From the NCBI RefSeq assembly GCF_009914755.1, contig NC_060945.1: DNA of 64,000 nucleotides. One strand, given 5' to 3'. Each line of letters opens with the position of its first letter. Position 1 is the stretch's first letter. This document shows positions 1 to 14,479 of this stretch, in pieces. The translations under genes were made by a program, and so were the position numbers. The notes under the pieces are model-generated. The model ran no database searches, had not been told where the DNA came from, and saw only the letters and a program-made list of their open reading frames with translations. This stretch comes from the human T2T-CHM13v2.0 reference genome, Homo sapiens.

Positions 1-350
<350 letters not shown>

Positions 351-2239
351 TTAGCTCCCTCCTGCCCTCCGAGCCTCTTCCTTCCCTCCCCATCCCCTCT
401 CTGAGCCGGCATTTCTTCCATCTGCCCAGTCCCTGTCTACACATTATTCCTCTTTTGTGATCTCAATGTAATGGAGTGAAATTATCACATAAACACAGGA
501 AGAGTCTCTGGGCCTCTTCTCCTCTCCCCACCTCCTCTCCAGCATCCATCTCCCTCTGGCATTGTCTGTGTGGGCTGTTGGCCACATCTCACTCCCCGCT
601 CCCTGCAGGCACAAACCCAAAAGCCTCACACATTTCAGGCCTCAGAGGGAGGGAGCAGGCCATGGCACATCTGTCCGAGACCTCCCCCTGCCTTTCGTTT
701 TGGGACTGTTCAGACCAACCCACTTTTTTCTTTTCCCCAGTGCCCAAGGGTCTCACCACTTAAAATCACACTCAGATTTCCACGGCAAGTTGAAGCTTTG
801 GCACCTCAGGTGTCCACTGAAATCTCAAACACCCCACAGTCACCCCCAGAGGATTAAGTAGCTTCGAGCTCAAACTTGGAGGATTTCTGGAGAAATGGGG
901 TTCCAGCAGGTACTGGATTCAGTTCAGTCTAACTTCCCCGGAATCGTTTCATCCCTCTAGAAAAGACTTGGGGTTCCCAAAGTGTAACCTGGCCCTCTGG
1001 AGAGGGCGTGAGGGAGTGAGGTGCTTGTAATGGCCCAAACACTGCTGCTGGACTTGAACTTGATCATCATCAAACAGTTTACTGCTAGGATTCTGATTTT
1101 CAAGGAGCTAGGAGTGACTCACTTCATTAAAAGCAAGCACACACTATGTACCCCAGCTTGCTCCAGTTTCTACATGACCCCAGCATTTCCCCAGTGCCTG
1201 CAGGAGTACCTGGCACATAGGGGGCTTCCCAAAACGTTTGTTGATTGAAGAAATGACCTCACCCTCTCAAGAGGCTGCCAGCCTCCCGCAGCCCGCAGGA
1301 AAGGAATCTGGAAGCTCCCTGCAGAGGGGAAGTTGTCTGATGGTCATCTTTTAGTTTGTTTTCTCTAAGCCTTCACAGTGGGTACTGACTACATTCACCG
1401 TTCATATTTTACAGAGAAAAATATTCATCACTTCCCTCTCAGAAAATCAAACGCTGCTTTGCATGTTGGAGAAGAAGCACGATCTAAAAATCCCCACTGG
1501 GTAGAGCCAGGCAGAGTGATTCATACCCTCTATTCAGAGGCAAGAATGACATATGTCGTGCACATGTGCCCAGCGCCGACCAAGCGGCCAAGCTGGATTC
1601 TCAGAGCAGCCCACTCAGAAGAACATTCCTTATTTTTACCCTTTGCCAAAAACAGAAACTCACACCAATGCTCCCTCATAAATAGCCTTGCCATTTCAGA
1701 AGGCTGCTTCGAAGTACAAGATGCTCAGTGGAACTGAGACCACGGAAGCACGACTGTGGTTTATAGAAACTGAATTAGACTCATTATCTAAGAATGAAAG
1801 CATTCAGCTTCTAAATATACAGTAGCATTTATTTCTGGCCCACCCTCCGTGTTTGTGTACTTTTTATTTTTTTTTTTAGAAACCTATACCTTTTTAAAGA
1901 CACTCTCTACAGCACTTGCCACAAAGGACCAGTTTCTAAGTGTGGTTTAAAATAGCTGGTGGCCTCTGGTGCAGTAAAAGGGAAAATCGGAGGAGGGCAG
2001 CACCTGAGAAGTGCAGAGACACAGGTGTGTGGTGATCCAGAGGTCTGGGGGAGGATTTTTGTTACTTTGAAAAGCAGATGGAGACTCCACAGCTGTAAGA
2101 AGAGCAAGAAGAACAAGTTCTTGCAAGGAACATACTTGGTAAATATAATGATGCTTTATATCAGCACGATTGTCCCAAGACACAGGAAAAATGACAACAA
2201 AACCATTCCAATGGCTCCTTTGGGAAGAAGTAACTATGA

Positions 2240-2350
2240 CGCATCACCCTCTTTTGATTTATAATTGGGGAAACTGAGGCTAACTGAGATGAAGCATTGT
2301 TCCCAACGTTGTGCAGTAGATGCGAGCCCTAGGTTCTGGCTGTTTTCCAC
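2240..2350 (-). mobile_element. MIR fragment
   Basis: MIR core motif GGGGAAACTGAGGC followed by a degenerate MIR body. Confidence 0.6.
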
Positions 2351-2630
2351 TGATTCGTCAGCCATGAATTTCAACAGTTGGGTGAGATCTGGCTCTCATC
2401 CAAACCCTGTGCCAGCAGAAATGATCTTTGTTTGCGGGCAGAGAAGGCAAGAGTAGGAAGGGGACAATGATGGTGTCTGCCTTGACCCCGGTGGGAAGCA
2501 TCACTGGGTTGTTTCTCCTCCGTGATTACTCACAGCCTAACTGCAATCCATTCTCTCCTGTTTTGCAGAGGTTCTCATCCTGAGTTTCCCCAAACAGCTC
2601 CTATTGGACCAAGTCTAGTCTTACAATCCC

Positions 2631-3093
2631 GTGGTGGGGAGAAATGGCCCCCCAGAGATATGCCCACATCCTAATCCCTAGAACTTGTGGATATGGCCTT
2701 ATTTGGATAAAAGGTCTTTGCAGATGTAATTAAGTTAAAGATTTTAATGAGGAAATCATCCTGGGTTATCTGGGTGGGTCCTGAATGCAACACAATGTCC
2801 TTACAAGGCACTTATACAGGGAGGGAGATTTGACACAAAATAAGAGGAAAAGGTGATTTGAAGATGGAGGTAGAGATTGGAGTGATGCGGCCACAACCCA
2901 AGGGAAGCCAGCAGCCCCTAAGGAGCTGGGAGAGGCAGGGAACAGATTATCCCCTAAAGACCCTGTAGGGAGTGTGGCCCTGACAACACCTTGACTTCAG
3001 ATTTCTGGCCTCCAAAACCGTCAGAGAATAAATATCTCTTGTTTAAGCCACACAGCATGAGGTAATTTGTCACGGGAGCCACAGGAAACTAAC
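2631..3093 (+). mobile_element. MaLR solo LTR (MLT1C/D-like)
   Basis: AATGGCCCCCCAGAGATATGCCCACATCCTAATCCC...GTCTTTGCAGATGTAATTAAG...GGTAATTTGTCAC..GCCACAGGAAACTAACA end. Confidence 0.85.
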
Positions 3094-3204
3094 ATAGACT
3101 ACATCCTGTCTAGAATTCTGTTAGATTTGCCTAAGGGCTAAATTGCAACTCCCAAAATCTGATACAATGGAGGCTTGCTTTCCTGTTTTGTCATTCTCTC
3201 AACA

Positions 3205-4740
3205 GTTACTTAGGAGTGCTTACTAGGCACTAACAGTGAGCTAGGTGCTGGGATAATGATGGGCAAATAGACACAAACCCTGATTTCATGCAGCTTACAG
3301 CAGGGGAAATAGTCAGGAAGCAAATACCAACACCAACTGCATTATAATCTGTAATAAAGGCTGAGAAGGCAGAGTGCAGGTGGTGTGACAGGTGATGGCA
3401 GGTAATGGCCTCATGTGAAGAGGAAGAGAGTGAGCTTGAGACTGAGCCCTGAGGTCTAATAGGAAAAGGGGCTTTCCAGTTAGAGAAAACAGCCCGTAGG
3501 GAGACCCCCAAAGCAGGAAGGATGTGGAAGCTTTCAAGGATCGACTACAGGCAGAAAGCAAGGAAGGGAATTTTAATCTCTGTCCTTAGGACATGGGGAA
3601 GCCAAGTGTTTTATGCAGAGGGGTGGCCCAATGAGATGAAAGTTTCCAGCAGCTCAGTCCGGCTGTGAAGGAGATGGGAGTGGGCCAAGACCAGTGAGGA
3701 GACTCTTGAGAAGCCCAAGCAAGAGATGGTGGTGGTTTTGATACGGGAGGGGGGCAGGGAAGTGCTGGGTAGAGAAGGGCAGGGCTCCTGGTGAGGGCTC
3801 CACCCTCGGTCTTGTGCCCATGGACCTAAGTGATAACCAGCACTCCTGTTTCCACGCCCAAATGTTGCATTGTCCAAGACTACTCCTAACCACTTCACCC
3901 CCGATCCTGTGCCCATAAAAACCCTGAGACCCTAGCGGGCACAGACACAAGCAGCTGGACGTTGAGAGAAGCAGAAGATCACGCAACGGACACCAGCAGA
4001 CACTGGCAGGCCACTGACAGCAGGACAACATGGAATTCAGTCAGGGGCAGTCAGAGGAGAGTCCGGCTGCTGAGCGGCCCACTCCAGGGAAAGACCACCT
4101 TTCCACCCCAACCCCCTTCTGGATCCCCATCCATCTGCTGAGAGCTACTTCCTCCACTCAATAAAACCTTGCACTAATCCTCCAAGCCCACGTGTGATCT
4201 GATTTTTCCAGTACACGAGGGCAAGGACCCGGAATACAGAAAGGCCTCTGTCCTTGCGATAAGGCAGAGGGTCTAACTGAGCTGATTAACACAAGCTGCC
4301 TATGGATGGCTAAACTGAAAGAATTCACTGTAACATGCCCACTGGAGTTTCAGGAGCTGTAAACATTCACCCCTAGACACTGCCGTGGGGTCAGAGCCCA
4401 AAAACACTCTCCACAACCTGCCTGTCTGCATGCTTCCCCTAGGAGTTTGAGCAGCAGGTCACTGACAAAGTGAGCCACACCCCTGTCACACACCCTGTGA
4501 GGGGGATAAGGGAACTCCTCCCATTTCAGTTTGTACTAGGATGGGAACTGCTGAGATGGGGAGAAGTGGGTGGATTCCAAAGGAGTTGGTGATGGGTTGG
4601 AGGTGGGTGGTGGAAAGGATACAAACCGGGTTTCTCAGTTGTACCACAGCCAGGATAGAAGTGCCAGAGCCATTGGGAATATTCAAGAAGGACTCAGATT
4701 TGGGCAGAGAAAACAACAAGTATTTTCATTTGGAATGACC
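3205..4740 (-). mobile_element. L2 fragments, interrupted by an LTR at 3739-4528
   Basis: Antisense L2 motifs GTGCTTACTA..GCTAGGTGCTGGG and CAAGAGATGGTGGTGGTTT|GTACTAGG, which continues across the LTR. Confidence 0.7.
3739..4528 (+). mobile_element. ERV1 solo LTR (MER50-like)
   Basis: TG...CA termini; start TGATACGGGAGGGGGGCAGGGAAGTGCTGG; AATAAA near 4160; 4-bp TSD GTTT at 3735-3738 and 4529-4532. Confidence 0.85.
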
Positions 4741-5079
4741 ATGCATCTTAGTTTTCCAGGGACAATCCAAGTTAAGCCTATCATCCCAAAGTCTTGTCTG
4801 GTTTAGTTTAGAATTTGTTATTCTCAAAAATGCCCTGGTTTGGACCAATACATTTAACAGTCACTCTAGGCTAAGATTTGTGTGATTTGAAAGGCCTTGG
4901 AGACATCTGAGAGAAGATTTTGAGAATCTAGAATGAGAAGAGAAGGAGCCCAGGAGTGAAGCTTCCTGAACTTTAGTATCTGAGGACAGGCAAAGGTCGC
5001 CAAGCAGGCAGGGTCTGAGAGTAAGGAGGCCAGAAATGTTACGGGAGGTGCATGCCCTGTGTTCTAGTTTTCCTAGAGA

Positions 5080-5842
5080 GCCTTCAAACTTTTTCTATAA
5101 AAGGCCAAATGAACATTATTTGGCTTCCCAGGTCAAATGGTGTTGGTCGCTGATATGATTTGGCTCTGTTTCCCCACCCAAATCTCATCTCGAATTGTAT
5201 TCCTGTAATTCCCACATGTTGTAGGAGGGACCCAATGAGAGATAATTGAATCATGGGGGCTGTTTCTCCCATACTGTTCTTGAGATAGTGAATAAGTCTC
5301 ACAAGATCTGATGGTTTTATCAGGGGTTTCTATTAGCTCTGCATCCCCACCCGAATCTCATTTTGAATTATACTCCCATAATTCCCAAGTGTTGTGGGAG
5401 GGACCAGGTGGGAGATAATTGAATAATGGAGGCGGTTTCCCCCATACAGTTCTCGTGATAGTAAATAAGTCTCATGAGATCTGATGGTTTTATCAGGGGT
5501 TTCTGCTTTTGCGTTTTCCTCCTTATCTCTTTGCCTGCTGCCACATATGTAAGACAGGACTTGCTTCTCCTTGCCTTCCACCATGATTGTGAGGCTTCCC
5601 CAGCCACATGGAACTGTAAGTCCAATTAAACCTCTTTCTTTTGTAAATTGCCCCATCTTGGGTCTGTCTTTATCAGCAGTGTGAAAATGGACTAATACAG
5701 TTTCTAATACCCAACTATGCCATTGGAGCAGCTTTAGGCACTGCATAAATCAACCAGTGTGGCTCTGTTCCAAAAAAACTTCATTTACAAAAACAGGTAT
5801 GAGCTACATTTTGCCCACAGGGAGTAGCTGGCAGACCTCACT
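5080..5842 (+). mobile_element. hAT-Charlie DNA transposon (MER58-like), split by THE1
   Basis: CAAACTTTTTCTATAAAAGGCCA before the LTR; GTGTGGCTCTGTTCCAAAAAAACTTCATTTACAAAAACAGG after it. Confidence 0.7.
5151..5699 (+). mobile_element. THE1 (THE1A-like) LTR with its 5' ~170 bp present twice
   Basis: Start TGATATGATTTGGCTCTG; end GAAAATGGACTAATACA; 5162-5331 is repeated at 5335-5504. Confidence 0.92.
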
Positions 5843-6619
5843 TTAGAATAACACTCTGGGCCTCTCCCTTCTTTATTCCTCTCCAGTGGAGGTGGGAAGG
5901 GGAGCAGGGCATTGGCACTGACGGGTTTTACTGGAGAGCTTAGGCCACCCCCTCTTTGGGGAGCTCTGTCTGAGTGCAGAGAGCTCCACACTGGAAGTCG
6001 TAGGGGGCGGGACTTCTAGGAGGGCCCTAAAGCTGTTCAGTGCTGACAGAAACAGATCTATGATCCAGCCTGATTCTAGGGTGAGGCATTAGTAGTCCCA
6101 CTTGGCTAAGAGCACTAACTATGGTCTGCAATCCTAGTTTTGTCAGAAATGGAAGTGAAATTGTGACTCCATCTGCATGATATTTTTGCTCCAAACTGGG
6201 ACGGGGAGGACTAGGTACATTGACCACCGCCCTGGCCAACCCCAACAGTAAAGGAAGTGTCTATTTCTCAGTTCCACTGTATTTTGGGTTGGATCTTTTT
6301 GTTGATGACTTGCCACTCTTTCAGGCAACTTCAGAAATAGTGTAGTCACTGTAGAGTCTGGTAGCATCTATTCTCTCTTCTGCTAAATGAAAACACATGA
6401 CGGCCTGGTTGCTAAGTAATACAAGTAATGCATGTTGATGTAAACGGTGGTCGAGAGGTGGAGTTGGGGTGAGACACAAATGGGGACATGACCTTGAAGG
6501 CTCTGGAGAGTCTCCCAGGTGGGGGTGGGGGCTAAGTTCCCTCTCGCTTCTGTCTCACTTTCAGATGCCCACCCTCACTCAAAAACATCATTAGGTTTGC
6601 AGCAATTACCCAAGGACTA

Positions 6620-6990
6620 CACATCCTTTATTATTATTATTACGAAATACAGACAAGCAAAGGAGAAAATAAAAACCACCTTTAATCTCCACCCAGAGAT
6701 ACTTATTAATAACGGTTTGGCATGTATTTTTCCAGATGCAAAAATGAGATCATATTATCCATGTTGTTTTGTGGTCTGCTTTTGGCATTTAAAATATAAT
6801 AAATATCCTTCCCTGTTGCAGAGAAGAACATACACCGTGATTTTTATGACACGATTCATTTACCCAGTCCTCTGTGATTGGCCATTTAGCTTGTTTCCAA
6901 GTTTTCCCAGTAAAAACAATGCTACAGTGTGCATTCTTATAGCTAGTTCTGGGAGCACTTTTTGAATTATTTTCTTAAACTGAATTCCAA
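6620..6990 (-). mobile_element. Ancient L1ME-type 3' fragment
   Basis: Degenerate CATTTAGCTTGTTTCCAAGTTTT...AAACAATGCTACAGTGTGCATTCTT motif. Confidence 0.55.
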
Positions 6991-9900
6991 GAACACAAGC
7001 ATGATTGTAGAAGACCTCATCCTTCTAAGGGAGCCGTGACTTGAAGTAGGTTTAAGTTTCCTATAGAGGAAGAGCAGGCTTGGCTGTGCTTACATGTTGT
7101 TTCCAGCAATCTCTTGACAACTGCCGTGGTGGGTTATGGACTTAGAGCCTCACTCTAGAGGAATCCCTGACCTGCTAGGAGAGTATAATAGTGTGGAATC
7201 TCTGCTTTCATCTCTCCGGGGAAGATGGGCCTTGTCAGTTGCAATGGAGAGACCAGAAAAATGCAAAGATCAAGAGACTAGGTGAGTCCCAGCCATTTAG
7301 AAGAAGATGAGGTGAGAATACCCCAAATATTCCCTCTCTCTGCACTGCGAGAAGTGGGGAGTCTGAAGTTTTCTCCCTCTTTTTGCCATATTTTAAACTA
7401 TGTCATCAGAGCTTGGTAAGGTTCCCTTAGGGGCCAGAAATGGCTCATTGGGAGGCCCCTCAGTTATTCAGAACTCACTGAAGCAGGGGTCTAGGAGAGG
7501 GGCAAGCACCTGGCTCCGGGCTTCATGGAGGAAGGCAGTGAACCCTAGGACTTCCTTCTGGACCATCCAGCCCAAGTCAGCAGGTCAGGAAAGAGCTAGA
7601 CTCAGGGCAGAAGTCCTACCAGGAGTAAGGAACATGTCTTTGGCTTCCATCTTCCTTATTATTCTTTCAGATTCAAGGAGATGTGGCAGGTGGGCTGCAG
7701 CAGCCACCTCAGAGGGAAGGGCTCCCTAAAAAGGGGCTGGATCTCCACATCAACTCCAAAACTCTGCATCACCTAAGATGCTCCCACAGAGGTTCTCAGC
7801 CCCACCATGCATCCGGGTCACAGTGAGCAAATTTAAGGCACAGGTGCTTAGACCCCAGAGGTTCTGACTTAATAGGCCCAGGGAGAAGCCTCAATGTTGG
7901 TAAGACTTTAAAAGGCTTCGAAGCCACTGAGTAATTGCTTTAGATGGCAGGGAATGGTGTAAAGGTAACTCAGTGGGCTTTGGAATTGACTGATTGATCT
8001 GAGGGCCTGGATAATGGGAATAAAAATAAACAATAGTATGTACCTCTATAAAGTGGCTTCCACACAGTAGGTACTCGAATGGCAACTAAACATGATGAGC
8101 ATTAATTATTTGCATGGCTGCACGAGGAAATATAAAAGGGAATGGAAGAACAGGTGGTGGGAGAATACAGCACAGTCACTCTTGCTTGTCAAATCTGACC
8201 TAAGAGTCTTGGCATCAAAAGAGAACTGGAACTATTTTTTTGCAGCAAACGAAAGGTAAAGGGCTAGTCTTAAATGTTGGCCCTGGGATCCAGAATTCCT
8301 ATTTGTACCAATGTGCTGTGCAAATGGTTTACGGATGGAGTGGCCATTTAGCTTTATCTTGCCTTCCTGGCCTGCTGTTAGATTGGAGGGCTGGGGTCTG
8401 CCTTGTGTTAAAGATTATCTCCCTGGAGGGAATGTAATCTGCTATTAGTATGTCTTGTAGGTGGAGGCCAACTGCTTTCCCACAGTCTAAATCTGAATCC
8501 TGTTTACCCACCATTCTATTTAGTAACAGCCATTGGCCAAGGGGAAGAGAATGAAGGATTCCAAGACAGGCTTAAAGCTTTCAGTCTAAAATGAATAGGT
8601 GTTTCCTCCTGCAGGTTTAGGATGATCTCTTTGTGTAACTCACAAGGAGGCTAATCCAATTCCAGGTCTAAGGTCGTCACATTACCGCTTTTAAGGTCCC
8701 CTGAAAAGTCCACGGTAACTCAAGCAGTCTTTCTCCCTTAGATGCTTTATACTTCAAGATTCTGGTCTCTTGACTTTTTAATTGATCTTCACTTGGCACT
8801 TCATACTTGGAACACATCAGCTGGAAGGTTCTTTGTCCCCTCCCTGAGAAATTAACGATGTGTGGGGAAACTTTTAGATGCACCAGGGGAATGCTAATTA
8901 AAAGAGGCCTGCTCCGAGACCTTCCGCAAAACAATCATCCTTTGAATACGTGGCTGCTCACCCTGCCCCAATCTGTCTGCTTTGTACGTTTGGGTTTCAT
9001 GTATTAAGAGTTGCTTAGTGTAGGACTCACTTTTGAACCTCCTTCAGGCTCCAAGATAAAGCCTTGAGCTGGGTCTGCAGGGAGCAGTGTGAGCCAGTTA
9101 GCATGTGGTGGTGACGGCCACAGCCTCTTGCTGGGCTCTAAATCATGGCTAAAACCCCAGAGCTAAAAGCATCACCCCTTTCTGGCACTTTCAATTGAAA
9201 AACCATGCTATATTTTTGTTTCCAATTATAGAAGGAGAAAAATAAAAGCATCTGGAACTCATTACTGTCCCTTTATTCCACGCCATAACTTTAAGAAAGC
9301 AAAATAAGCACTCTCACAAATGCACAGGAAAAGAGAGGAAGCAATGACTCCAGAACTAAGCCCTCACACCCCAGACCCCACTCCCCTGTGCATCTCTGTG
9401 CCCATATTGCAAACACATGGAGCGTGGGGTTTATGACGGAAATCTTGACAGCTCGCCGGCTCACAGGTCTCCGGCTCTTGCAAGGAGGAAGCTCAAGGGA
9501 GTCTGCAAGTCACCCGGCTGCTCAGGACACTGGCTCCCTCTGTCTGGCCGTTCCTAATGTGCAACACTTGACCCCAGCCCAAGAACTCAAGCCCAAAAAG
9601 GTCAGGCCTTCTCCCGAAACGTCTGCGTGGATGGCAAGGATCCTGGTTCCAGGAATCCAAGACTCCAGTGGATGATAGGAAGAACTCAACTTGCAAAAAA
9701 GGCAAGGTGGTATCTGCTTTCATGCCACACAGAAGAAGATTGACACATGACTCCTGGGGGTCTTGGGACCCAAACCTGAACTCCTTGGCATGCCACACAA
9801 GGGCCTTCCTGGTCTGCTCCTTGTTGCTGCCCTGGAATTGTTATCATTGTGCTCCCTGAGCACACTGTCCTCTCCCAGATGATAATTTCTTTCTCTAAAC

Positions 9901-10454
9901 AAACCGTGAACAGCCTTGTCCTTGCCCAAACAGCTCCCCAGTCTTCAAAGCCCTTCCTCGACCCATTTCTATGCCTTTGCCCATGCCTGATAACACAGTT
10001 CATAAATAGTGCCTTCGTTCGAAAGGCACTCTAAATAGTTACTGACCTCTAACTCCATGCTCAGTGTAGTGGTGGGGTTGGGGCTCAGAAATACAATACC
10101 CCCAAACATGGCATCTTGGAAATTAAGAAAACAGCAGAAGCAGAAAGGTCATTCTCTGGCTTTTTTCCACCTTCCTGTGTAAGAGCTGGCCATAAAGGAA
10201 TTCTCTCATCTACCTCTTCTGAAAGTAGGTCACAAGACCCTATGTGACAGGTGTCCTGCCCTATACCCAGAGGAAAGGAATGCTACACAGAGAGGCCAAG
10301 AAGGATCTGAAAAAACAGGCCATGCTAATTCCCTTTAATTTATTATTATTAGGTCATACCCCTCTTATCTGATCATATTTCTACCTAACTGCCCATTCTT
10401 CATGAAACATAAGCATAAAAATACAGTTTTCCCTGGGTCTTTACTTGTTCATTT

Positions 10455-10758
10455 CTTTAAAAAAAAAAAAAAAAAGCCTTTAGGAGACTGGGTTTTACTC
10501 TGTCACCCAGGCTGGAGTGCAGTGGTGTGATCATAGCTCACTGTAGCCTCAACTCTTGGACTCAAGTGATCTTCCTGCCTCAACCTCCCAAGTAGTTGAG
10601 ACTACAGGTGTGTGCTGTCTCACCCAGCTAATTTTAAATGATTTTTTTTTTTTTAGAGACGGGATCTTGATGTGTTGCTCTGGCTGGTCTCAAACTCCTG
10701 GCCTCAAATGATCTTCCCAGAGTGTTGGGATTATAGGCTTGAGCCACCACATCTGGCC
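10455..10758 (-). mobile_element. AluJ
   Basis: Antisense Alu with J-type GATCATAGCTCACTGTAGCCTCAACT; TSD TGTTCATTTC. Confidence 0.93.
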
Positions 10759-10896
10759 TAACTGTTCATTTCCGAAGACTCTCATGTCATGGGAAAGCTT
10801 GGTTAAATAAATTTGCTATGCTTTTATCTTGTTAATTTGTCTTTTGTTATGAGGCTGTCAGCCAAGGACCCCTTGATGGGTGAGGAAAAGATATTA

Positions 10897-11194
10897 CTGT
10901 TTCTTTTTTTTTTTTTAGACGGAGTTTCGCTTTTGTTGCCCAGGCTGGAGTGCAATGGCATGATCTCAGCTCTCGCAACCTCCACCTCCCGGGCTCAAGC
11001 GATTCTCATGCCTCAGCCTCCCGAGTAGCTGGGATTACGGGCATGTGACACCTAGCCCAGCTAATTTTTGTATTATTAGTAAAGATGAGGTTTCTCCATG
11101 TTGGTCATGGCCTCGAACTCCTGACCTCAGGTAATCCACCCGCCTCGGCCTTCCATAGTTCTGGGATTACAGGTGTGAGCCACTGTGCCTGGCC
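10897..11194 (-). mobile_element. AluS (Sp/Sq-like)
   Basis: Full antisense Alu; TSD GATATTA at 10890-10896 and 11195-11201. Confidence 0.96.
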
Positions 11195-11342
11195 GATATT
11201 AGCTTTTCTCGGCTGCAGTAGACACTAGAGCTACAGGAGAGAAAAAGACAGGGTCCTTGGCCTCAGAGAACCTAAAGGGGAGTGCACATTCAGTTTGGTT
11301 TATTTTTAGCCCGTGACTACGAGGTATCTGGCACTGTAGGGG

Positions 11343-11831
11343 TGTTTTGGTTTCCTATGGATGCTATAACAAACTTAATAGCTCAAAACAACCACAAATT
11401 TATTAGTTTACTATTCTGTTGTCCAGCACGAGTCTAGGCTAAAATTAAGGTGTCAGCAGGAGTGCATAACTTCCTGGAGGCTTTAGGAGAGAACTGGTTT
11501 CCTTGCCTTTTCCAGCTTCTAGAGACCATACTTTCCTTGGCTCCTGGCCACATCCTCCATCTTCAAAGCCAGTAAGAGCAATAGGGGCCTTTGCATACCA
11601 CATCACTCTCTCACTGTCTCCCTCTTCTATTTCTAAAAACCCTTGTCCAAACCCTTGTCTAAAAACATTTGGTCCACATAGATAATCCAGTATAATCTCT
11701 TTAAAGGCAGATGATTAGCAACTCTCATTCCATCTGCAATCTTAATTTCCCTTTGCCATGTAATGTAAAACATTCCCGTGATTAGGACATGGACTGGACG
11801 TCTTGTGGGGATGCATTATTCTGTCTACCAC
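11343..11831 (-). mobile_element. MaLR LTR (MLT1D-like)
   Basis: GCTAAAATTAAGGTGTCAGCAGG, TCCTTGCCTTTTCCAGCTTCTAGAG, end CATTATTCTGTCTACCAC. Confidence 0.8.
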
Positions 11832-12284
11832 GGAGGACCGAATGATAAAGGGAATACTGTCATTCCCCTTAAAGAGACATTTTTGCAAAGCCTTCCTTAA
11901 AAACACAAGCAGGATTAAGAAACTCCTTCTATATTCCCATTACACTGTCTGCACTTTAAAAACACCTCTTTTATAACATTTAACATGCTTAAAGCAGTGT
12001 TTGTCAGAGCGTGGGACAAGTAATACTTGATAGTTTGCATTTAGTCATTTTGCACTTTAATAATTATGCATTTATTTTAATGTGAGTGAAGAGCATAAGC
12101 AGCATATCCAACCTGTGATATAATCTTTCCTTTTAAATTAAATCCATTTAAGCTTTTAAAGAGTGAGATGTAAAATATGAATTAGTGGTACATACTGTAT
12201 AGGCCAAGGCAAAAAAAAAAAAAGGAAGGAGTACTTGAGATGACTGCAATATAGGAAAATTACAGTTAATGTTTTCTGGATAAA

Positions 12285-12408
12285 TTCTGAGTTCCTTAAG
12301 GGCAGAGATTTGTCCATCTGCTTATTACTGTATTAATTTTCATATTTCTGGAATCTGACGTCTATGATGGCATAGGTGCTCAAATGTTTATTGAATGAAT
12401 AAATAAAG
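12285..12408 (+). mobile_element. L2 3' end
   Basis: GAGTTCCTTAAGGGCAGAGA...CATAGGTGCTCAAATGTTTATTGAATGAATAAATAAA. Confidence 0.7.
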
Positions 12409-13019
12409 TAGGATTGTCTTGTAGACTTCTATTTGCTTCAACTTTACACCTTTTGAATTACTTTCACATTATGGAAATGCAGCTAAAGTAACAGTTGAAC
12501 AATCATCATCTGATATTTTAGTTATTTAATTTTAGTGAGATTTTGCTATAATGTGTACTCTGTGGAAATAATATATGAGGGCACAAATATTAAAGATTAA
12601 ACGTGGCTGAGGCTCAGATTGTTGTTAGTGAATTAACAAGTGAAAATTATACCAAAGTATAGGAAGGTGGAAGCTGATATATACACTAGATTTCCATCTT
12701 TTCCCTCTTGGTGCCTGAATCTTAGTAAAAGTGTTCTGGTTTGGGGGATGTTTCTTGAATTACATGGTTCATTAGCTCGTTCATGCATTCAGCACTATGG
12801 CAGGTCCATTGTCGCTGAGAATAAGCAAGATGTGGAGGACACAAAAATAAGACCCAGTCACTGCCTTTGAGAAGCTTTGATAGCAAGATCCACACTTAAA
12901 CCTATTACTGCCACATAATCAAAGAGCTATGCCAGGAATGACAGTTCCTGGGCTTGGAAGCATTCAAGCTGAGTTTGCAGTTTGAGTTCAATCAAGTTAA
13001 TTAATGCTGCACCAAAGAA

Positions 13020-14460
<1,441 letters not shown>

Positions 14461-14479
14461 AAATATCAACCCTATAACT

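Larger units (their letters stand above)
10076..11218 (+). mobile_element. ERV1 LTR (MER39-like) interrupted by two Alus
   Basis: Start GTTGGGGCTCAGAAATACAATACCCCAAA; AATAAATTTGCTATGCTTTT; GATGGGTGAGGAAAAGATATTA near the end. Confidence 0.75.

Noticed and set aside
2545-8680. Plus-strand splice-like sites (acceptors near 2568, 6564, 7670 and 8613; donor GTGAGT near 7282)
   Set aside because: Such motifs arise often by chance. They give no consistent coding frame, and lncRNA exons cannot be supported without transcript data.
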